From contig CM059432.1 of NCBI GenBank assembly GCA_030390025.1, forward strand, positions 47,804,001 through 47,868,000: a stretch of DNA of 64,000 nt. Reading direction: 5' to 3'. The notes under the pieces are model-generated. The model did not search any database and had not been told where the DNA came from. It was given only the letters and a program-made list of their open reading frames with translations. Source of the DNA: Squalus acanthias. Lineage: Eukaryota. Numbering within the stretch: the stretch's first letter is position 1; the number at the start of each line of letters is the position of its first letter. This document shows, piece by piece, positions 50,570 to 61,060 of the stretch. The position numbers and the translations under genes are program-made.

Positions 50570-53521
50570 ATGACAACAGAGAGGGTCATAGACATAGGTA
50601 GCAGTAGGGGAATCACAAATCAGAGCGTGGCAGGAAGGGACAGAGTGTGTGGAGTAAAAGGTAAAGTGGTAAAAAGTGAAAAAGCAGGAACTAAGTGCCA
50701 CAAAGCATATTTGAAAGTTCTCTATCTGAATGCACGTAGCATTCGTAACAAAATAGACGAGTTAATGGCACAAATAACTACATATGGTTATGATATTGTG
50801 GCCATTACAGAAACATGGCTGCAGGGTGACAATGCCTGGGAATTAAACATACCAGGTTATTTAACGATCAGGAAGGACAGGCAGGAAGGAAGGGGAGGTG
50901 GGGTGGCTATGTTAATAAAGGAAGGAATCACTGTAATACAGAGTAATGATATTGGGTCAAAAAATCATGATAATGAAACAGTTTGGGTGGAGATAAGGAA
51001 TAATAAGGGGAAAAAAACACTAGTGGGCGTAGTCTATAGGCCTCCGAACAGTTGCAACTCTGTTGGACGGAGTATCAATCAGGAAATAGTTGAGGCATGT
51101 AATAAGGGAACATCTATAATTATGGGGGATTTTAACTATCATATTAATTGGACAAATCAAATGGGGCAGGGCTGCCTTGAGGATGAGTTCATTGAGTGTA
51201 TTAGGGATGGGTTTCTTGAGCAGTATGTAACTGAACCGACCAGGGGGCAAGCAACCTTAGATCTGGTCCTGTGTAACGAGACAGGATTAATTAAAAATGT
51301 CCTAGTAAAGGATCCCCTTGGAATGAGTGACCATAACATGGTTGAATTCCATATTCAATTAGAGGGTGAGAAGGTTGGATCTCAAACAAGCGTGCTAAGC
51401 TTGAATAAAGGAGACTATGAAGGTATGCGAGCGGAATTGAGTAGAGTGGATTGGGAAAATAGATTAAAGGGTAAGACGACACATGATCAGTGGTGTACAT
51501 TCAAGGAGTTATTTTACAACTTCCAAAAAAAATATATTCCACTGAAAAGAAAAGGGTGTAAAAGAAAGGACAGTCATCCGTGGCTAAGTAAAGAAATTAA
51601 GGATAGTATTCGACTAAAAACAAGGGCATATAAGGTAGCGAAATCTAGTGGGAGGACAGAGGATTGGGAAAACTTTAAAAGGCAGCAAAAAATAACAAAA
51701 AGATTGATTAAGAAAGGGAAGATAGATTATGAATGTAAATTAGCAAAAAATATAAAAACAGATAGTAAGAGTTTTTATAGTTATATAAAAAGAAAAAGGG
51801 TGGCTAAAGTAAATGTTGGTCCCTTAGAGGATGAGACCGGGAAATTAATGGTGGGAAATATGGAGATGGCAAAAACACTGAATGAATATTTTGTATCAGT
51901 CTTTACAGTAGAGGACACTAAGAATATCCCAACACTGGACAAACAGGGGGCTATAGGGGGAGAGGAGCTAAACACGATCAAAATCACTAAGGAAGTGGTA
52001 CTCGGTAAAATAATGGGACTCAAGGCGGATAAATCACCTGGACCTGATGGCTTACATCCTAGAGTCTTGAAGGAAGTGGCGGTAGGGATTGTAGATGCAT
52101 TGGTAATAATTTTTCAAAACTCCCTGGATTCCGCTAAGGTCCCGGCAGACTGGAAAACTGCTAATGTAACACCCTTATTTAAAAAGGGCAGTAGACAGAA
52201 GGCTGGTAACTATAGACCGGTTAGCCTAACATCTGTGGTAGGTAAAATTTTGGAGTCCATTATTAAGGAAACAGTAACAGGACATTTGGATAATCATAAT
52301 TTAATAGGACAAAGTCAGCATGGTTTTACGAAGGGGAAGTCATGTTTGACAAATTTGCTGGAGTTCTTTGAGGAAGTAACATATAGAGTGGATAAAGGGG
52401 AACCAGTGGACGTAGTGTATTTAGACTTCCAAAAGGCATTTGACAAGGTGCCACACAAAAGATTATTGCTTAAGGTAAAAAATCACGGGATTGGGGGTAA
52501 TATTCTGGCATGGATAGAGGATTGGCTATCTAACAGAAAGCAAAGAGTTGGGATAAATGGTTCATTCTCAGACTGGCAATCAGTAACTAGTGGTGTTCCA
52601 CAGGGGTCAGTGCTGGGTCCCCAACTCTTTACAATCTATATTAACGATTTGGAGGAAGGGACCAAGTGTAACATATCAAAATTTGCAGATGATACAAAGA
52701 TGGGAGGGAAAGTAGTGAGTGAGGAGGACATAAAAAACCTGCAAGGGGACATAGACAGGCTAAGTAAGTGGGCAGAGATTTGGCAGATGGAATACAACAC
52801 TGGAAAGTGTGAGGTGATGCACTTTGGCAGGAAAAATCCTAGAGCAATTTATTATCTTAATGGCAAGAAATTGGAGAGTACTGAAGTGCAAAGGGATCTG
52901 GGGGTCCTGGTGCATGAAACTCAAAAGGTTAGTATGCAGGTGCAGCAAGTGATTAAGAAGGCAAATGGAATGTTGGCTTTCATTGCTAGGGGGATAGAAT
53001 ATAAAAATAGGGAGGTATTGCTTCAGTTGTACAAGGTATTGGTGAGACCGCACCTGGAATACTGCATACAGTTTTGGTGTCCTTACTTAAGGAAAGACAT
53101 CCTTGCTCTCGAGGCAGTGCAAAAAAGGTTCACTCGGTTAATCCCGGGGATGAGGGGGTGGTCATATGAGGAGAGGTTGGGTAGATTGGGACTCTACTCA
53201 TTGGAGTTCAGAAGAATGAGAGGCGATCTTATTGAAACATATAAGATTGTGAAGGGGTTGGATCGGGTGGATGCGGGGAGGATGTTCCCGATGACGGGTG
53301 AGACTAGAACTAGGGGACATAGTCTTAGAATAAGGGGCTGCTCTTTCAAAACTGAGATGAGGAGGAACTACTTCACTCAGAGGGTGGTAGGTCCATGGAA
53401 TATGCTGCCACAAAAAGCTGTAGAAGCTACATCATTAAATAAATTTAAAACAGAAATAGACAGTTTCCTAGAAGTAAAGGGCATTAAGGGTTACGGGGAG
53501 CGGGCAGGAATTTGGACATGA
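50570..53521 (+). CDS. CR1 ORF2: APE endonuclease plus reverse transcriptase (983 aa, uninterrupted)
   Basis: YLNARS, DIVAITETW, GVVYRPP, MGDFN, LDLVL and [32 protein letters not shown] and FADD. Confidence 0.95.
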   Translation: MTTERVIDIGSSRGITNQSVAGRDRVCGVKGKVVKSEKAGTKCHKAYLKVLYLNARSIRNKIDELMAQITTYGYDIVAITETWLQGDNAWELNIPGYLTIRKDRQEGRGGGVAMLIKEGITVIQSNDIGSKNHDNETVWVEIRNNKGKKTLVGVVYRPPNSCNSVGRSINQEIVEACNKGTSIIMGDFNYHINWTNQMGQGCLEDEFIECIRDGFLEQYVTEPTRGQATLDLVLCNETGLIKNVLVKDPLGMSDHNMVEFHIQLEGEKVGSQTSVLSLNKGDYEGMRAELSRVDWENRLKGKTTHDQWCTFKELFYNFQKKYIPLKRKGCKRKDSHPWLSKEIKDSIRLKTRAYKVAKSSGRTEDWENFKRQQKITKRLIKKGKIDYECKLAKNIKTDSKSFYSYIKRKRVAKVNVGPLEDETGKLMVGNMEMAKTLNEYFVSVFTVEDTKNIPTLDKQGAIGGEELNTIKITKEVVLGKIMGLKADKSPGPDGLHPRVLKEVAVGIVDALVIIFQNSLDSAKVPADWKTANVTPLFKKGSRQKAGNYRPVSLTSVVGKILESIIKETVTGHLDNHNLIGQSQHGFTKGKSCLTNLLEFFEEVTYRVDKGEPVDVVYLDFQKAFDKVPHKRLLLKVKNHGIGGNILAWIEDWLSNRKQRVGINGSFSDWQSVTSGVPQGSVLGPQLFTIYINDLEEGTKCNISKFADDTKMGGKVVSEEDIKNLQGDIDRLSKWAEIWQMEYNTGKCEVMHFGRKNPRAIYYLNGKKLESTEVQRDLGVLVHETQKVSMQVQQVIKKANGMLAFIARGIEYKNREVLLQLYKVLVRPHLEYCIQFWCPYLRKDILALEAVQKRFTRLIPGMRGWSYEERLGRLGLYSLEFRRMRGDLIETYKIVKGLDRVDAGRMFPMTGETRTRGHSLRIRGCSFKTEMRRNYFTQRVVGPWNMLPQKAVEATSLNKFKTEIDSFLEVKGIKGYGERAGIWT

Positions 53522-54223
53522 GTCTAGGTTCGGATCGGTCATGGCCCTGTGGGTAGTGGAGCGGGCCCAGGGACCGTGTAGCCTGATTCTGCTCCTTTTT
53601 CATGTGTGCAATTCTGTTAGATGCAGGAGATGGTTCTGTGATAGATAGTAGATTGGCGGTTAGGATCAGATCAGCCATGATCTTATTGAATGGCGGAGCA
53701 GGCTCGAGGGGCCGATTGGCCTACTCCTGCTCCTATTTCTTATGTTCTTATGTTCTTATGATGCTTTGTACTGGTTAGTGAGAAGTAGGATTTGTGAGTT
53801 TGCAAGGATAGATCCCTCTGAGGATTTTCCCACCTGCCTCACAATCACAAGAATTCAAGAAATGTCAATATTTATTAACTTATCAAGTTGAATTTGAATA
53901 AAAGCTAAAGGTGGAATTTAAAGCTGTGTCCCAGCGTCCCCGCCAACGAGGGTCCAGCACTCTACCATTATGGTGCCAGCTAAGGAACAAAGCATCTCCA
54001 AATCAGCTTAATTTATAAAAATTGATTCTTTTACCTTATTATTTTTATGCTCTCACAGATAACAAGGTGGTACTCAATCTTTTAACGTATATTCAATCTG
54101 CATTATAAGGTGGTGCTTGGAAGACAGCCAAAAGCTCAGTTATAACAAGCAAAATTACATCCCTACTAAACAACATTATTGAACAATGCCAGCATTTTCA
54201 GAATCCACATAAGTAAAAAATGT

Positions 54224-54359
54224 CTGATGAAAGGTCATCGACCTGAAACATTAACTCTGTTTCTCTCTTCACAGATGCTGCCTGCCCTGCTGAGTATTTC
54301 CAGCATTTTCTGTTTTTATTTCAGATTTCCAGCATCTGCAGTACTGTATTTTGCTTTTG
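54224..54359 (+). mobile_element. 136-bp PLE-derived mini-insertion beginning at a hammerhead core
   Basis: Matches 4650-4745 and extends further 3'; flanked by a 14-bp TSD taagtaaaaaatgt (54210-54223 and 54360-54373). Confidence 0.85.
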
Positions 54360-54502
54360 TAAGTAAAAAATGTATTCAGATAATTCAGTAAATACCCTGG
54401 GATTGATATTGTAAATCCTGACACTTAGGCAATACTTATACAGTGAAATGAGGATGCTGTAAACATCAGCATTGTAAGAAAAAAGCAAATATCCAAGAGT
54501 GT

Positions 54503-55090
54503 GGCCTGGATTTTCCTCCCAATTACCCCTGTTTTTTGGGAGGTCCCATAGTGGATAATAGAGGAAAATGGGGCCAAAAAACCTTCTGCTGAATTCCTAG
54601 TTTTAAAAATGTCTGTTGGAATTTTCCTCTGTCCCCTGCCTGGAATCTCACTAATTTTTAGCCCCACTGTATGTAAATGATGGAGGGTGGGGCTTGGTCC
54701 CCTGTCTTATTTCCCTCAATAACCACTCTTGCTCCACCTCCCTGGAAAATCGCCTTTATCGAAGAGGCATTCAGAATTGTTTGTTGGTGGGAGCCAGATG
54801 ATAAGTGTAGTAAAGGCCATCAGGTAGCTTTCTGCCATTTTCTTTATTTGCTGTTCAGTCCTGCTGCTTCTTACCCCTCCCCATAACGATTATTTGCAGC
54901 AGGGGCTTTGGCTTCTGCAGTTTCTATTTCATGAACTTGCAGGCCTGTCCCTTTAAGCTGCTGCAGTGAGTGAAATGCTCAGCCCAGTATTTTCCTCCCT
55001 CATAGTGTCGGACCCCCAATGGACAATGGAGATAATGCCGGGAGCCGACCCTGCATTTGTAATTAACCCTGACCCCAGAAACCCAATCCT
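54503..55090. mobile_element. Old Harbinger-type MITE
   Basis: Left end ggcctggattttcc; degraded right end gaaacccaatcc. Confidence 0.4.
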
Positions 55091-55280
55091 ACCGCACTTC
55101 TGACAAGAAACCAACTGATGAGGATTTGTATGTACAAGAATGTTACAAGAGAGGTGTCTGTAAGGAATTGGAAAGTGAATTGCAAAAGAACTTGTAAATG
55201 AGAAGTTTACCTTTAAGCTTTAAAAACTTGAAAAATGAACGTTACAGCCTTGAACAAATTATTCCACAAGCTTCACCTAC

Positions 55281-55947
55281 CTCACCTACATAACTGTATT
55301 TGCACTTGAGAATCATCCTGTAAAGCCTTGTCCGGTTTTCATCCTCAAATGGCATAGTTCCACTAAGCAAAATATAGGAGATCACACCTAAAGCCCACAT
55401 ATCTACTGCATTGGTGTAAGGTTTTCTCAACAGGATCTCCGGTGCAATGTACTCTGGTGTGCCACAAGTGGTCCTCATGGACCAGTCTCCACCTTTATTC
55501 CCAGAATTGGCTAGTCCAAAATCAGTGACGAGGATCTTGGAGTCTGATCCTGGGTGATAGTAAAGTAGATTTTCTGGTTTCAAATCTCTGTGTGTAATCC
55601 CCAAGGTATGTAAGTATTTGACCCCATCTAAAACCATCTGCAGTACCCTAGTAGCATCTCTCTCTGTAAATGATCCTTTGGCAATGACGCGGTCAAAAAG
55701 TTCTCCACCAGTAGCCAGTTCCATCACCATGTAAATACGGTCTTGGGTCTCAAAGACCTCGATCAGCTGGATGATGTTGCGGTGGCTCACCCTCCTAAGC
55801 ACATTAAGCTCTGACTCGCACACCTCCTTTCCTTCTTTAGCCTTGGTCTCAATCATTTTGATGGCAAAGGGCTGTTTGGTGGCTCTGTGTTCAACTCTCA
55901 CCACCCTGCTGAAGCTTCCTCTTCCAATAAGAGCCTTGATGTCATAC
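55281..55947 (-). CDS. PSKH2: Serine/threonine-protein kinase H2-like, coding exon 2 (kinase domain)
   Basis: cag|G acceptor at 55947 and GAG|gtaggt donor at 55281; 667 nt, phase-compatible with exon 1. Motifs GRGSFS, AIK, HRDLKPEN, DFG, CGTPEYIAPE and DMWALG. Confidence 0.9.
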
Positions 55948-56899
55948 CTGATGAAGATGAACAGTACAGATTTGTCAAGATTGGTCACCAATAGAGATAG
56001 AATGCCTTTAAAATGCAGTAGTTTCAAAATTCCAAATGACAAGATACCGTTGAGGTTTAAGTCCAATGCAAACATCAAAGTCGAGCTATGTTTGTGCTAT
56101 GAGATCACTAAGTATAATAGGTAAGAAGACAATAACAAAGTCAAAGGTGAAAGTTTTACATCGTTTCTGTTAAGAAATCTATTTATTTAATAAGAATTAT
56201 AACTATTTTAATACCTAAGTTTAATCCCTACTGACTACATTTATCTATTCAATCTATGTGCATATTATTGGAAAAACAGCAGATCAGTCATTAAGGGAAG
56301 TGTGTCAAATATCAAATGGAGAGCACGTGTGAACCTACAACACACTGCAGCTCATATTGCACTGCTAAGAAAATATGCAAATTAATTTAGAGGTCTGTGT
56401 ATACGTAGCAGTATAGAGGCAAATAAGATAACTTCTTTATTTTCCAAGATATACTCCCTGTCAGCATTACTGCCCACGGGAATGCCAAATCGCAGATTCA
56501 CTTTTATAAAGTTTGAGGCATTTGTGTCTCAACATAGATTATAATTTGAATTGTTCATTGGCTGATCAACTGTAAACAATACCCTGAAGTACTGTGAATC
56601 TGCCTATCTTGCGCATTGAATCAGTGAGCGTGCCACTTACCTCTCCCTTCTCCAAGTGATAGTCACTAGTTGGACAACCAACAAGCATGAGTTTGAGTCC
56701 TCACTAGATGAACAGCAGGTACCAGGAATTCCTCACTAGTGGCACAATTCACCATAAAATGTATGAGTGTATTGCTGTTAGCCTCCTGACCACAGCATGA
56801 TTACACACCATACTTCACCAATGGCAGATCCACCAGCATAGTCCTGCCTCTCTGCAACCCAATTATGATAGGCACCAAACCTTGGATATATGAACGTGT

Positions 56900-57260
56900 G
56901 TTCTCATATCTGGATTCCAGGTAACACCTTCCAGCAGCTGTTGTCCAAAGTCTCAGATCAATTATATAACTATATCTCAGTGATACAAGATATCTTCCTT
57001 CACCGTGGTGGAAGGACCTACGAGCAGCAGCTGTGACATGCTAGCCACCTTGATGTTCCAGATATCCAAGTCTAATGCCTTCTAATTTATTCATCACCAA
57101 CTGCTTGATCCAGATTCTCATGTGATGTGCTTTAGTAACCAGTTGTGCCACTGTAAGGGCAACTCCCCTGCCAGGATACGTAGTGACAGTTTGGTGTAAG
57201 CTGGAGTCCTCCCTCCCTGCAACCATTTCTGCTTTTTCCCGAAAATCCAGCTTGGTTTGG
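56900..57260 (-). mobile_element. Possible decayed LINE 5' end (APE start, RTE-like)
   Basis: Minus-strand remnants resembling the W-N-I and DIVI..SET endonuclease motifs; heavily degraded. Confidence 0.3.
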
Positions 57261-57394
57261 TCCTGGATCATAAGCATGGGCCAAAGGAAGCCCTTCTACT
57301 GTATACCGAGGAGATCTGAGCTATGAAGAAGAACTGTTTGGACTTGTCTTATAAACCACAAGGTTAACCTGTATCATGATTTTGCTGTCAATGA

Positions 57395-57860
57395 AGAACA
57401 ACAACATCTTATATTAATATAGAGCCATTAGCGCAGTAATACATCCCAAGATGCTTCACAGAGGCGATATCAGACAAAAATGGATGTGGACCAGAAATTA
57501 AGATATTAGGAGGAATGACCAAAAGCTTGATCAAAAAATGGGCTTTAAGGAGAGTCTTAAAGGAAGACTAGGAGGTGGAGAGGCAGAAAGGGAATTCCAG
57601 ACATGTGGCCTAGACAGCTGAAGGCACCGCCATCAACAAAGGGACAAAGAGAGAGGGGGGGGATGCATAACAGGCTAGAATCGAGGAAGCAGTCAGTTTG
57701 GGTGGGGGGTAGGGCTGGAAGAGGTTACAAAGATAATGACGGGAAAGGCCATGAAGTGATTTAAACACAAAGATGAGAATTTTAAATTAGAAGCATTGGG
57801 GGTCCAGGAGCCAATGTAGGTCAGCAAGGCCTGGAGTGATGGGTGAACAGGACTAGGTGC
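57395..57860 (-). mobile_element. Old L2 3' end
   Basis: Diverged match to 46115-46585, including the caacaaca tail. Confidence 0.75.
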
Positions 57861-58064
57861 GGGTGAAAGATGAAAAAGACCAAAGTGGCCTTCACTCCAT
57901 CTCAGTGCAGTCCCAAAGGACTATGTCCAGTATGACGTTGCCATCTGATGCCCCTTGTTTCTTACAATCTATTCCCTTGAGATCCTGTCTTAAGCTGTAC
58001 AAAGTCAAAATACTGATATCCATCGCCATATCTCACCACTTAATCCATTGTTAAAGATAGTAGC

Positions 58065-58542
58065 CAGAACAGTCGAGGCCACAGAGGAGAAGTCAATTTG
58101 GCCGGCTCAGACAAGGGAGGCAATTGGGATGAGTGCTTGTCGGTAGCAGCTGCAGATTTAATGTGCAGCCGGGTGGAGCACTCTTGCTCCTCCCAGATCC
58201 ACAATAACGCAAGTAAAAAACTTACCTTTCGGTTGGCAGCATTCAATGGTCCCTTTAAGTTCCGTTCGTTTGACTGCATAGCACCACAAGAAACTGACGG
58301 CAACAAATCGAATTTCACAGAGGGGGCATAAGATAAACATTAGTCCCCTGATCTGCATATGCAAAGGGCTTATCGCCAGTTTCAGGCAAGCACCCTGGAC
58401 GCCTTCAGAGGAGCCCTAACCAATGTGGCAGATGGCGCACTTCTGCCATGGAATGAGCAAGTGCTCACCGCCTGCCATATTGGACTCTTTGGTGCCCGTT
58501 TTACACCTGTAAAATGGGTGTAGCACGATCAAATTTCTAGGC
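58065..58542. mobile_element. Harbinger-type MITE fragment (right end)
   Basis: Ends in aaatttctaggc, the same terminal motif as 41450 and 45367. Confidence 0.45.
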
Positions 58543-59414
58543 TAATCTATTTGTTAACATTTCTGATTTTTTTTTATAAATCAATATAGGTAAAGTTGAA
58601 TACCTTATGGGACCTATTGGCACCAGGCAATATGTGCAGGAAATTATTAAGGAATCTGGCCCAGAGAATAAAAGAGCATGTGCACAGCAGCACCCTGAAA
58701 ATAAACTGTAACACAAGGGGTCAAGAAATTCATCCTGCATGGGGGCATCCAGCAGAATTATTTTTACTTTAAATATCTACTTATTGAAGAAAATGGAAGA
58801 GCAGTAGTGATGAAGAACATTTTATTTAATACATCTTCAATAAAAGTAAAGTAAATAATTTATACTAATGTTAAGAAAATTATTTTTCATAAGAATATAA
58901 CATTTGTTAGGGATGAATAAAGGCTATTCATCCCATTAAAGCACATAGCTCCAAAATCCTAGCTCTCACTTCATAGCATCAATTACATTTTGAGTAACAT
59001 CACTTAATGTTAAATATATATTATTAAAAGAAAATCTCCCACCATGGAGCTTTGCCTGCTGGGAGTCCATATTGTGAATTTGGCAGGTGCCCTCACAATT
59101 TTCTATCCATTCATTTTTAATGATGGAAAATAATGTGGAATGCATACACTTCAATTCCCAATATTTAGTTCTAGCAGGTGAAGCTCGCACTGGGAGTGTA
59201 AATTAGTAAAATGACCCCCTAAATGTCTGCTTTTGAATTTGTGGAATGAATCTTTGTGAGGTAGGCCTTAGAGTGGTGTGTACATCAACTATAGTGGCGC
59301 TCGGTGCTGATTCTTGAATCCCACCAGACTGGCTATTAGATTCATCCAAGGAGTTCTGACTGGGTTCATCATTCTGAATTCCTTGAGAAGCTTTGACTCA
59401 TTTTATATCAGTGT

Positions 59415-59680
59415 AACAACGACAACAACAACGACAACAACTTGCATTTATATAGCACCTTTAACATAGCAAAACATCCCAAAGCGCATCACAGGAGCGA
59501 TTATTAAACAAAATTTGACACTGAGCTACATAAGGAGATATTAGGACAGCTGACCAAAAGCTTGGACAAAGAGGTAGGTTTTAAGAAGCGTCTTAAAGAA
59601 GGAGAGAGAGGTAGAGAGGCGGAGAGGTTTAGGGAGGGAATTCCAGAGCTTAGGGCCTAGGAAGCTGAAGGCATGGCCAT
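59415..59680 (-). mobile_element. L2 3' tail
   Basis: (aac)n tail and a close match to 46117-46360. Confidence 0.8.
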
Positions 59681-60249
59681 CGATGTACTCAGCAGACTGA
59701 CTATTCAGGCAAGATGCTCAGCTTGCTGATGTCAGCTTTGTTGCTCACTGTTGCAAACACATAATTTTCAATGTCCAGTTGGTGTTGAGTAGACTGCAAA
59801 TTCATATAAGCATTCAGAACGTCCCAAGAACACTCTTCCACTGTTTTTGGCTGTGGGGGTAGGTGGATTAATGCTCCAACTTCTGACCATTTTGCTAGTG
59901 TTTCCCTTGACCTCTTGCAGACTGATCGTCTGCAGTCCTGCATCTTTTGCGAGGTGAATCTATGGCTTTTGTTTCCATCTCTTTGTCTTCCTCAGAATCA
60001 TTGAAAACTTCTTTCTCCTTCTCAGAAAACACAATTGGTTCATACCCTTACAAGTTATGTGTGAGATGGAATTTGGATCCGTGCCCATTCATATCTGTGA
60101 AAATATTAATGCAGAAATTATGGTCCACTTGATTTATAATTCTAATTTCTGTTCACATTTGTTAAAAATTGTAAAAGAAAAGTAGCAGATGTTGATTTTG
60201 TTTTGTAAGAAGTTCAATATAAAAAGTAATGTTGTCACCTGTCTCAAGT

Positions 60250-60650
60250 CAACCTACTCTGCAATAGTTAGGCCGCAGTTATAGAGTACTGTGTGCAGGT
60301 TTGCAGACCCCAATTTTTAAAGGATATTAAAGACACAGAGAGTTTATGGCATAGATTCGCCAGGATGAGAAACTATAGTTATGAAGGATGACTTGAGATA
60401 TTGGTACTATTTCCACTGGAGTAGTGAAGGCGAAGAGGAGATTTATTTAAAGTTTTTAAAGTGATGAAGGATTTTAATAGGCTGAATAGGAAAATAGTAT
60501 TTCCTCTGGCAATGGGGTTAACAACAAGGGTTCATCAATTTAAAATTGGAATTAAGGGAATGAGCAGAGAGGTTAGGAGGAATTTCTTTACACAAGGAAT
60601 TGTTAGAGTATGAAATGTGTTGTCAAAAGGAATAGTTGAGGCGGAGACTG
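60250..60650 (+). mobile_element. Old CR1 RT C-terminal fragment
   Basis: Degenerate gttaggccgcagtta..gagtactgtgtgcag, gaagaggagattt and aggaatttctttacaca. Confidence 0.65.
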
Positions 60651-60789
60651 CATTGTATCTGTACAAATTGAATAACACATTACCGATCCATTCTATAAAT
60701 ATTTTAAATAAGCTTACCAGAATCAGGAGTCAGCTGATTGTGTCTCTTCCTTCCTCAAATTGTGGAAAATGAGGGCAACACTCCATTCT

Positions 60790-61060
60790 GCTGCTGTCAA
60801 CATTTTTCAGGATGAAGCTCCAGCCTTCGCTTTTTATCTCCTCAGCTTGTTGTGGGTCATCATGAATCTAACCACCCCTTTTACATCCATTGAACCTCTT
60901 CTCGTACTTATCTGTAGGCCTGGTGACATTGGATACCTTGTTGACTATATTTGTATCCATTTCAGCCCACACATTTTAATGATATGTGCTGATATAGTTG
61001 GAGACGTTTTTTTGGCAAACCCCTTTACAGAAAATTTAATTTGTCTCTCCCTGAAGTGTA
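60790..61060 (-). mobile_element. Ancient Myb/SANT-like (Harbinger) relic
   Basis: Minus translation gives NVWAEM..IVNKVSNVTRPTDKYEKRFN and MTHNK, similar to the Myb helix-3 region of the other elements. Confidence 0.4.

Larger units (their letters stand above)
49545..53760 (+). mobile_element. Near-full-length young CR1 LINE
   Basis: ORF1, intact ORF2 and 3' UTR with (ttatgttc)n tail; the 5' UTR is mostly missing. Confidence 0.95.

Noticed and set aside
55948..56078. N-terminal part of ORF 55242..56078 as protein
   Set aside because: It lies upstream of the splice acceptor at 55947 and is intronic read-through.
49289..58542. gcctagaaatt termini that could bracket the CR1 and kinase exon 2 as one large transposon
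   Set aside because: Subterminal sequences are unrelated, there is no TSD, and this end motif is common here; two independent MITE fragments are more likely.
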